From Burkholderiaceae bacterium (GTDB lineage: Bacteria > Pseudomonadota > Gammaproteobacteria > Burkholderiales > Burkholderiaceae_E), in contig JASGFT010000077.1 in the NCBI GenBank assembly GCA_047605425.1, positions 1-22,139 on the forward strand: a DNA stretch of 22,139 nt, written 5' to 3'. Numbering within the stretch: position 1 is the first letter of the stretch; every line of letters starts with the position of its first letter. This document shows, in pieces, positions 7,899 to 14,357 of the stretch. The notes beneath the pieces are model-generated. The model worked only from the letters and a program-made list of their open reading frames with translations. It searched no databases and was not told the DNA's origin. Position numbers and translations under genes: made by a program.

Positions 7899-8555
7899 AT
7901 GAACACCCTGTCGATGAAACGCCAACTCATGAGCGGTCAGTCCATGAACTGCGAATCCATGAACCGCCATGTGCGTGAAGCGGCCCACTCGGCGCTGCCG
8001 CAGGTGCTGCAGCTCGACATCCAGGGCACGCCGCAGGCATGGATCCCGATCGAGCAGGCGGCCGCCCAAGTCGCGACGGCGTCCGTGGCCTGGGTCGAAG
8101 GGCGCGGGCCGCTGGCCACGCTGCGCGGCGGCGTCAACGTCCGCAGCGGCCGGCGCTCGGTGATCGAGATCTTTCCGATCATCGCGCTGGCCGGCATGGC
8201 CCGGGTCAACCTGTTCGGCGTGGCGCCGGCCTTCAGTCGGGCGAAGCTGTTCCGGCGTGATCGGTTCACCTGTGCCTACTGCGGCCAGCGCTTCGCCGAG
8301 GCGCGCCTGAGCTGCGACCACGTCGTGCCGCAGTCGCGCGGCGGCCGGTGGACCTGGATGAACCTGGTCACCGCTTGCGGTGGCTGCAACGGCCGCAAGG
8401 CCGACCGGACGCCGGAGGAGGCGCGCATGCCGCTGCTCTTCCTGCCCTACGTGCCGAGCCGGTTCGAGGACTTCCTGCTGCAGGGCAGATCGATCCGGGC
8501 CGACGTGCACGAATGGCTGGCCGCCCGGCTGCCGAGAGGTTCGCGGTTGAACTGA
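7899..8555 (+). CDS. HNH endonuclease family protein (~218 aa; several in-frame ATGs at the N-terminus, so the true start is uncertain).
   Basis: The HNH motif region reads FTCAYCGQRF...LSCDHVVPQSRGG...NLVTACGGCNGRKADRTPEE. A GAGGA Shine-Dalgarno lies ~9 nt before the 7899 ATG. Confidence 0.8.
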   Translation: MNTLSMKRQLMSGQSMNCESMNRHVREAAHSALPQVLQLDIQGTPQAWIPIEQAAAQVATASVAWVEGRGPLATLRGGVNVRSGRRSVIEIFPIIALAGMARVNLFGVAPAFSRAKLFRRDRFTCAYCGQRFAEARLSCDHVVPQSRGGRWTWMNLVTACGGCNGRKADRTPEEARMPLLFLPYVPSRFEDFLLQGRSIRADVHEWLAARLPRGSRLN

Positions 8556-8743
8556 TCGGCAGTGCTGGAAAAGGGAGACGCAGAGCGATCCAGGATGGAT
8601 GGCTCTGCATTTCCCGAGAGGATTCGTCGTGAAGACGGCAAAGGCTCACAGGTCAGGGGTTCGTGAACCCCGCCGGTGCGTGGAGGCCGGTCCATAGGGA
8701 TCGTCGCCGGCGCGCATGCCGCCTTGCCGTCGGCGACGGATGA

Positions 8744-8816
8744 TGCTGGATAGCTCAGTGGATAGAGCAACGGTCCCGGAAACCGTCAGTCGCGGGTTCG
8801 ACTCCCGCTCCTGCAC
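8744..8816 (+). tRNA. tRNA with a canonical cloverleaf. The anticodon by position is CGG (Pro, reads CCG). It has non-canonical features: C at position 33, A37, and a T4-T69 mismatch in the acceptor stem.
   Basis: I folded it by hand. Acceptor stem TGCTGGA/TCCTGCA has one T-T mismatch. D-arm is GCTC-AGTGGATA-GAGC. Anticodon stem ACGGT/ACCGT is perfect, with loop CCCGGAA. Variable loop is 5 nt. T-arm is GCGGG-TTCGACT-CCCGC. Discriminator is C and is followed by CA. The D-arm and T-arm are textbook. Confidence 0.6.
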
Positions 8817-8820
8817 CAAG

Positions 8821-8862
8821 CTGGACTTGAAATCCAGTCGTTTCGGTCGAAAGACCTTTCGC
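8821..8862 (+). terminator. Two short hairpins just 3' of the tRNA: CTGGA-cttgaaa-TCCAG followed by tcgtttcgg, and GGTC-gaaa-GACC followed by tttcgcc. Likely a tRNA transcript terminator.
   Basis: Both stems are perfect and each is followed by a T-rich tract. Confidence 0.35.
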
Positions 8863-9097
8863 CGGACGTGAACCGGCGACGGTGCGGTCAACGGCCTCGC
8901 GCGTTGCGCGGGTCCTGCGACCAAGCCGTCATCGGTTCATCAGCGGCGGCCGCCAGCATGGCGGGTAAGCGGGGCATTGCCGCCGCGGCCAGCGATCTCG
9001 ACGGTCTGGACGACGTCGCCATCGCGCACCGCGGCGTCGTGCCCAGGCACCGGTCGTCCGCGGCCGCCGCTGTAACGGCCCCCCTTGTTGCGACGGC

Positions 9098-9161
9098 GCC
9101 TCGTGGTCTCGGGCCTCGAGGGTCTCGGGCCTCTCGTGGTCTCGGGCTCTCGCCCGAGCCC
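9098..9161. repeat. Three tandem copies of a ~13-17-nt unit (GGTCTCGGGCCTC at 9105-9117 and 9121-9133; the third copy, GGTCTCGGGCtct at 9138-9150, is diverged). It ends in a 6-bp-stem hairpin GGGCTC-tcgccc-GAGCCC (9144-9161), ~50 bp upstream of the SPFH gene.
   Basis: Read directly: cctcgtGGTCTCGGGCCTCgagGGTCTCGGGCCTCtcgtGGTCTCGGGCtctcgcccgagccc. Confidence 0.6.
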
Positions 9162-9210
9162 TTGCCATCCCGGCCCCTTGCTGCATGGGACTCTTGTTTC
9201 GGAGAAGAAG

Positions 9211-10347
9211 ATGTTGTTCAAACGGATCGTGGTGAAAAAGAACGAACGCGGGCTGCTGCTGCGCGATGGCGACTTCGTGCGCGTGCTGCGGCCGGGCACT
9301 TATCGCCTGCTCGACATCGGCCAGCGGCTGACGGTCGAGACCTTCGCGCTCGAGCAGCCGGCCTTCCGGCACCGGCTTGCCGACTACCTGATGGCCAATG
9401 AACCGGTGGTGGTCGCGGCCGAGTTCCTGCGGGTCGAGCTCGGCGAAACCGAGGTCGGTCTGCTGAGCGAGAACGGCGTGCTGGTCGAGGTGCTGGCACC
9501 GTCGACCCGGGCGCTCTTCTGGACCGGGCTGGTCGACGTCCGCGTGGAGGTCATCGATATCCGCGAGCAGGTCGAGCTGGCGGCGCCGCTCGCGGCGCGC
9601 TTGGTGCAGACCCAACTGCGCGGCCGGCCGATGGCGGGCCTGGCGGGTGTGCTGCAGGCGCAGGTGCCGGATACCGGCGCCGGCGTGCTGCGGGTGGACG
9701 GCAAGGTCGAGCGGCTGCTGCCGCCGGGTTCCTACGCGTTCTGGAAGTTCAACCGGCACGTGGCGGTCGAGCTGGTCGACTTGCGGCTGCAGGTGCAGGA
9801 GGTCACGGGCCAGGAGATCCTCACCCGCGACAAGGTCGCGCTGCGGCTGAATTTGTCGGCCACTTGGCGCTATACCGATGTGCTGGAGGCCCACCGCCAG
9901 TTCGCCAAGCCCGCCGAGCACCTGTACCGCGAGCTGCAGTTCGGGCTGCGGGCGGCCGTCGGCACGCGCTCGCTGGATGAGCTGCTGGAGAACAAGACGG
10001 TGATCGACGAGGTCGTTACCGCCCAGGTCACCGCGAAGCTGGCCGGCCTCGGCCTGCAGCTCGCGAGCGTGGGCGTGAAGGACATCGTGCTGCCCGGCGA
10101 GATGAAGACCATCCTCGCCCGGGTCGTCGAGGCGGGCAAGACCGCCGAGGCGAACGTGATCCGTCGGCGTGAGGAGACGGCGGCCACGCGCTCGCTGCTC
10201 AACACCGCCCGGGTGATGGAGGACAACCCGGTGGCCCTGCGTCTGAAGGAGCTGGAGACGCTGGAGCGGGTCGCCGAGCGGATCGACCGGATCTCGGTGT
10301 TCGGCGGGCTGGACCAGGTGCTGGATGGCCTGGTCAAGCTGAGGTGA
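9211..10347 (+). CDS. SPFH/band-7 (stomatin-prohibitin-flotillin-HflK/C-like) domain protein (378 aa) with no N-terminal TM helix. The N-terminal ~190 aa contains an internal repeat of the first SPFH beta-region.
   Basis: The C-terminal half (RVDGKVERLLPPGSYAFWKFNRHVAVELVDLRLQVQEVTGQEILTRDKVALRLNLSATWRY...IVLPGEMKTILARVVEAGKTAEANVIRRREETAATRSL) is a typical band-7 core followed by a coiled coil. The N-terminus (RDGDFVRVLRPGTYRLLDIGQRLTVETFAL) parallels (VDGKVERLLPPGSYAFWKFNRHVAVELVDL). A GGAG Shine-Dalgarno precedes the ATG. The track ORF extends further upstream only because no stop intervenes. Confidence 0.82.
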   Translation: MLFKRIVVKKNERGLLLRDGDFVRVLRPGTYRLLDIGQRLTVETFALEQPAFRHRLADYLMANEPVVVAAEFLRVELGETEVGLLSENGVLVEVLAPSTRALFWTGLVDVRVEVIDIREQVELAAPLAARLVQTQLRGRPMAGLAGVLQAQVPDTGAGVLRVDGKVERLLPPGSYAFWKFNRHVAVELVDLRLQVQEVTGQEILTRDKVALRLNLSATWRYTDVLEAHRQFAKPAEHLYRELQFGLRAAVGTRSLDELLENKTVIDEVVTAQVTAKLAGLGLQLASVGVKDIVLPGEMKTILARVVEAGKTAEANVIRRREETAATRSLLNTARVMEDNPVALRLKELETLERVAERIDRISVFGGLDQVLDGLVKLR

Positions 10348-10392
10348 ATGTCGGTGCGCGGCCCGTCGCAGGCCAGCAAGGCCGTGCCGTCC

Positions 10393-11328
10393 TTATCGAG
10401 TCCTGGGGCCAGGGCGATCGCCTTGCCCGGCGAGCGTCGCCAATTGCTCGCGCAGCCAGCGCAGCGCGGGGTCGCCGTGGGCACGAGGGTGCCAGACCGC
10501 GTACAGGTTGAAGCCCTGCACCGCGAGCGGTAGCTCGAACAGGTCGAGTCGATCGGCATGGCGCCTGGCGAAGCGCGCGGGCAGCGTCGAGACCAGATCG
10601 GTCGCTTCGACGATCGCCGGCGCCATCATGAACTGATGCACCGATACGGCGACTCGGCGCCGCCTGCCCAGCGCTTCGAGCTGTTCATCGAGGTAGCCGT
10701 GGAAGCTGCCGCCGCTGGTCGAGACCAGCACGTGCTCGAGCGCGCAATAAGCGTCGAGATCGAGAGGGCCGCGTCCGCGCGGGTGGTGTCGGCGCTGGAC
10801 CACCAGATAGTTTTCGTCGAGCAGCTTGCGCGCCTTCATCGCCTCGGGCAGAGCCCGATCGGAAGCGATCAGCAGGTCGATATCGCCGTGCTCGAGCCGG
10901 GAGGCCGCATCGGGGCCGCTGCGCCGGAACGCGACCCGGACACCGCTTCCAGCATGCTTGCGCAGGTGCTCGACCAGACCGATTCCCAGCGTCACCGCGG
11001 CATTGTCGGCGGTGCCGATCGCGAAGCTGCGCGCATCGACCCGGGGATCGAAATGCGGCGGCGTGCGGACCAGGGCGGCCAGATCCTGCAGGCTCGCCCT
11101 CAGCGGCGCCTGCAACTCGCGCGCGCGTTGCGTGGCCACCATGCCCCGGCCGTTCTCGGCCGGCACCAGCAGCGGATCACCGAACAGCGCGCGCAGGCGG
11201 GACAACTGCGCCGACAGCCCCGGTTGCGAGATCCCCAGCCGATCGGCGGCGCGGGTCACGTTCGATTCCTCGATCAGGACGTCGAGCGCGCGCAGCAGAT
11301 TGAGATCGATGCCGTTGAGCGAAGCCAT
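10393..11328 (-). CDS. LysR-family transcriptional regulator (311 aa).
   Basis: The N-terminal HTH MASLNGIDLNLLRALDVLIEESNVTRAADRLGISQPGLSAQLSRLR is the LysR signature, and an LysR substrate-binding-type C-terminus follows. I set the start at the M just before the HTH. The track ORF runs 36 codons further upstream into the divergent gene. It is divergent from the MFS gene, the classic LysR arrangement. Confidence 0.88.
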   Translation of the reverse strand: MASLNGIDLNLLRALDVLIEESNVTRAADRLGISQPGLSAQLSRLRALFGDPLLVPAENGRGMVATQRARELQAPLRASLQDLAALVRTPPHFDPRVDARSFAIGTADNAAVTLGIGLVEHLRKHAGSGVRVAFRRSGPDAASRLEHGDIDLLIASDRALPEAMKARKLLDENYLVVQRRHHPRGRGPLDLDAYCALEHVLVSTSGGSFHGYLDEQLEALGRRRRVAVSVHQFMMAPAIVEATDLVSTLPARFARRHADRLDLFELPLAVQGFNLYAVWHPRAHGDPALRWLREQLATLAGQGDRPGPRTR

Positions 11329-11430
11329 ATCACCGTGCTGGATACCTCTGATACGAGATATCGATTTCAAGTATGCCATCGCCGCGCGCACAGTGAAACC
11401 CGATCCCTTTGCATTGAACGGAGGCTTCCG

Positions 11431-12651
11431 ATGCACGAACGAACACCGGCGTGGTCACTCAGGGTGCTCGCGCTCGCTTACTTCATCATGGGAACGGGCT
11501 CATTGGCCGTGGTCGGCACGCTGCCCGGCATCGCCCGCTCGCTGGCCGTCGATGCGGACGCCATCGCGCCGCTGGTCACCGCGCTGGCGTTCACCTTCGC
11601 GATCGGCGCGCCGGGCCTGCAGATCCTCGTCGGCCACTGGCCTCGCCGGACACTGATCCTGTGCGGGCTCGCGATGATGGCGATCGGCGCGCTGGCTACG
11701 GCGCTCGCCGAAGGCTACGGCACGCTGATGGCCGCGCGGATCTGCACCGGACTCGGGGCGGCCGCCATCGGACCGGTCGCTTCGGCCCTGGGGGCGGGCC
11801 TGGTGCCGGCCGAGCGCAAGGGTCATGCGCTGGCGGTGGTCTTCAGCGGCATGACGCTCGCCTCGGTGATCGGCGTGCCGCTATCGGCCTGGCTGGGAGC
11901 GACGTTCGGCTGGCGGGCGTGCTTCGTGCTGATCGCGGCGCTGACGATCGGCGTGGCGGCATTGGTAGGCTGGCTCGTCGATGCCGGTCAGCGCGGCAGC
12001 CGGATCCATGTCGGCGATCTGCTGGCCATCATCCGCGATCCGGCGGCGGCCTCGGCGGTGATCGTCATGGTGGCGACGATGACCGCGATCTTCGCGACCT
12101 ACACGTTGATCGTGCCGATCCTGCAGCAGCAGTTCGGCGCCGGCGCCGAAGGCGTGTCCTTCGCGTTGCTGGTCTTCGGCCTGGCCGGCATCGCCGGCAA
12201 CGGGCTCGCGCGGGTGATCGCGGTCCGCTGGCCGGCGACCCGGGCGCTGGCCGTGTCGCTGGCGGTCCTGGCCGCGATGTTCATCGCCTGGACGCGAACG
12301 CCGGCGATCTATCCGCTCGCGCTCGCGTTGCTGATCGTGTGGGCGGTCGCCAGCGACGTCTTCATGCCCTCGCAGCAGCGCCGCCTGGTCGAGCTCGCGC
12401 CCGGCGCGAGCGGCCTGGTGCTGGCGCTGAACGCATCGGCCCTCTACGCCGGCATGGCGCTGGGCGCGTACGTCGCCGCCGTCGTCGCGCCGCGCGCCGG
12501 CACGACCAGCCTGCCGTGGGTCTCGGCGGGCTTCATCGGGCTGGCGCTGGCGGCGCTGGGCGTTTCGGGCCGAGCGGTCTCCGGCGCCCGGTCCGGAGCG
12601 CTTGGTCGGGAAGCAGGATCAGGGCCCGGGTCGACACGGCCGGCACCATGA
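11431..12651 (+). CDS. MFS-family transporter (406 aa, ~12 TM).
   Basis: It has 12 hydrophobic segments and an MFS motif-A-like sequence (GHWPRRTLILCGLAMMAIG...). The SD GGAGG lies before the ATG at 11431. It is divergent from the LysR gene ~100 bp away. Confidence 0.88.
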   Translation: MHERTPAWSLRVLALAYFIMGTGSLAVVGTLPGIARSLAVDADAIAPLVTALAFTFAIGAPGLQILVGHWPRRTLILCGLAMMAIGALATALAEGYGTLMAARICTGLGAAAIGPVASALGAGLVPAERKGHALAVVFSGMTLASVIGVPLSAWLGATFGWRACFVLIAALTIGVAALVGWLVDAGQRGSRIHVGDLLAIIRDPAAASAVIVMVATMTAIFATYTLIVPILQQQFGAGAEGVSFALLVFGLAGIAGNGLARVIAVRWPATRALAVSLAVLAAMFIAWTRTPAIYPLALALLIVWAVASDVFMPSQQRRLVELAPGASGLVLALNASALYAGMALGAYVAAVVAPRAGTTSLPWVSAGFIGLALAALGVSGRAVSGARSGALGREAGSGPGSTRPAP

Positions 12652-12769
12652 CGCCGAAACGTGCCGCGCTTCGGCATCGGTGGCCGTCCATTGGGTAGCC
12701 GCTTGTCGCTGTATACGGCCGGACAGCGCCAGTTCATGGGTGAAGGCCTCGGCCAGCGCTATCGACCGC

Positions 12770-12862
12770 TCGTTTGCTGCCATGCCCTTTCGTCGCGAAA
12801 GACAGCATTCATCGCAATTTGCGATGATTCATGCCGAGTACGACAAGGGGAAGTGGAAATGA
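12770..12862 (+). pseudogene. higB: 3'-terminal remnant (~25-30 codons) of a HigB (RelE/ParE-superfamily, E. coli K-12 HigB-type) toxin gene, ...FAMIHAEYDKGKWK*. The 5' part is missing.
   Basis: The C-terminal ...MIHAEYDKGKWK resembles E. coli HigB ...VMTHKEYDFF...KGKK. It stops 4 bp into the higA start, the usual toxin-antitoxin overlap. The upstream part of that frame has no HigB-like sequence. Confidence 0.4.
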
Positions 12863-13269
12863 ACGTGCAAAGCCTGTGCGCGCCTTGGGTGGCGCTGCAT
12901 GAGAATCTGGGGCTTGGCGCACCGGTGCGTGACGAGGCGCACTACGCGATGCTGCTGAAAGTCGCCGAGGAGATTGCCGATCTGGTGGCCGCGGACGAGG
13001 CGCATCCGTTATCAGGGCTGCTGCCCTTACTGGCGGACCGCATTCGCGAGTATGAAGATCGGACGCATCCCTGGCCGGACAACAGCACGCCGGCTACGGT
13101 GCTCGCGACACTGATGCGGTCCCACGGGTTGCGCCAGTCGGATTTGTCGGAGGTCGGAACCCAGAGCGTCGTCAGCGAGATTCTGGCCGGCAGGCGCCAG
13201 TTGGACCTGCGCCAGGTGGCCGCGTTGTCGCGGCGCTTCGCCGTGCCGGCCGAGGTGTGGATGCCTTGA
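12859..13269 (+). CDS. higA: HigA-type antitoxin (XRE-HTH, 136 aa), apparently intact.
   Basis: The C-terminal HTH LRQSDLSEVGTQSVVSEILAGRRQLDLRQVAALSRRFAVPAEVW aligns with E. coli HigA (...LSDLPEIGSKSMVSRVLSGKRKLTLEHAKKLATRFGISPALF). A GGGGAAGTGGAA purine-rich SD precedes the ATG. Confidence 0.78.
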   Translation: MNVQSLCAPWVALHENLGLGAPVRDEAHYAMLLKVAEEIADLVAADEAHPLSGLLPLLADRIREYEDRTHPWPDNSTPATVLATLMRSHGLRQSDLSEVGTQSVVSEILAGRRQLDLRQVAALSRRFAVPAEVWMP

Positions 13270-13289
13270 CGGCGCTTCTGGCGCATGCT

Positions 13290-13425
13290 CGCATATCTGC
13301 AGGGGCAGCCTTTCAACGCCCGCAACTGAGCCTGTCGTTGGGCGGCGCATCGCAAAGCGCCACCGCCCGCTACCTCGATCTGCTGGTGGACACGATGTTG
13401 ATGCGCCGGCAACCGGAGAACATCA
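13290..13425 (+). pseudogene. Internal fragment (~45 codons) of a DUF4143-type AAA+ ATPase gene (...ALTALLAHARISAGAAF...ATARYLDLLVDTMLMRRQPE).
   Basis: The ARYLDLL.DT.L.RR.P motif is characteristic of the DUF4143 region of that ATPase family. There is no N-terminal ATPase part and no proper start. Confidence 0.35.
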
Positions 13426-13544
13426 TGCGCACCACCGTGACCCTGGACACCGCGCTAGTCGAGCGCGCACTGGAGTTGCTCGGTCCGATGGATCGTTCGA
13501 ACCTGCTCGAGCACGCGCTGAAATCCTTGATCGCTCGTGAATAG
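13426..13544 (+). pseudogene. vapB: Truncated VapB-like RHH antitoxin: only the 39-aa N-terminal RHH domain (MRTTVTLDTALVERALELLGPMDRSNLLEHALKSLIARE*). The C-terminal toxin-binding part is absent.
   Basis: MRTTVTLD... is the classic RHH antitoxin N-terminus. A premature stop follows at 39 aa, and a vapC-like gene lies 86 bp downstream. Confidence 0.45.
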
Positions 13545-13630
13545 GCCAAAAGCGGTACCATCCCGGGCCTGAAAGCGTTACCACGCCGCAAGATCAAGCA
13601 ACTCGGCCTTTCTGGAAAAGCAGGCCGTCA

Positions 13631-13900
13631 ATGATCCTCATCGACGCCTCGGTCTGGATCGCGTACTTGAAAGGCGAGCACTCTGCGAAACCCTGGAGCA
13701 ATTCCTGGAGGGCGAGGCCGGTCGTCACGCGAAGTCCGTTCCGAGCAGTGCGCTTCGCAAGGCAGCGGTCTGCGCTCGAGCGAACGAGGCGTCGGTATCA
13801 CGGCGCAGTGCGAGCTACCATACGCTCGTATCGACGAGCAGCGTTACGGCCGACGTGAGCGTTCGGATTCGTAGTCGAATGAGTCATCCCATTCCAGCGT
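13631..13900 (+). pseudogene. vapC: Frameshifted VapC (PIN) toxin pseudogene. The N-terminus MILIDASVWIAYLKGEHS is intact, but the frame is lost after ~20 codons.
   Basis: The PIN N-terminal signature MILIDASVWI.YL is present. Downstream PIN-like sequence (..LEQFLEGEAG..) appears in a different frame. Confidence 0.5.
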
Positions 13901-14357
13901 GCCGAGCAGGCCGGCGATGTGCTGCTGCTGCCGGCGGGCGATGAATTCCTGCAGCGCCCGTTGCTGCGGGGAATGTGCGATGACGCGGTCAGAACTTCAG
14001 CCTAGACGTGCGCGACTTCGCTCGGTACCCGCCCGACCCATTGGTTCAGGCTTGTTCCTTCGGTTTGGGTGGCGGTCAGCGCGGCGCGGTGGACTTCCGG
14101 CGCGACACGCAGGCGATTTCAAGAACGCCGGGCACGAGTGGCAGCCGGTGGGATGTCCGGAGCCGGTGCGGGTACCGGGTGCGGCTGTAGCGCATGCAAC
14201 GGCAACGCTTGGTCGAAGAGTCGGGCATGGCGGTGCAGGTTCGCGTCGCCTCGCGGCATCGTCCGTTCCGGTCTCGCCGTGGCGGCAGCCTCATCAGGTT
14301 TGCTGATGCCGGCAGACGGCTCGGACGGTAGATTAGAGCGGCCTTCGAAACCTTGGG

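Noticed and set aside
7536-8510. 324-aa minus-strand ORF, and the 7574-7930 minus ORF.
   Set aside because: They are antisense to the HNH endonuclease gene and extend through intergenic DNA. They have no start context and a low-complexity translation.
8646-8924. 92-aa minus-strand ORF.
   Set aside because: It runs straight through the tRNA gene and its terminator hairpins. It is an artefact.
8929-9921. 330-aa minus-strand ORF, and the 8868-9401 plus ORF.
   Set aside because: They are antisense to, or frame-shifted over, the SPFH gene and the tandem-repeat intergenic region. They have no recognisable domains.
10558-11430. Upstream extension of the MFS ORF (697 aa in the track), and the 10826-11656 and 11451-12698 plus ORFs.
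   Set aside because: The extension is antisense to the LysR gene. The others are off-frame over the MFS gene, and the MFS protein's hydrophobic periodicity identifies the correct frame.
11329-11430. Candidate LysR box (T-N11-A within GATACGAGATATCGAT) in the LysR/MFS divergent intergenic region.
   Set aside because: The T-N11-A pattern is too degenerate to call from sequence alone and there is no clear dyad. It is plausible but unsupported.
13861-14010. Minus-strand ~50-codon frame ending ...ALQEFIARRQQQHIAGLLGTLEWDDSFDYESERSRRP*, possibly the C-terminus of another antitoxin-like gene.
   Set aside because: There is a stop immediately upstream in frame, no start or SD, and the sequence is not diagnostic of any family. 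It is probably another decayed fragment, but unsupported.
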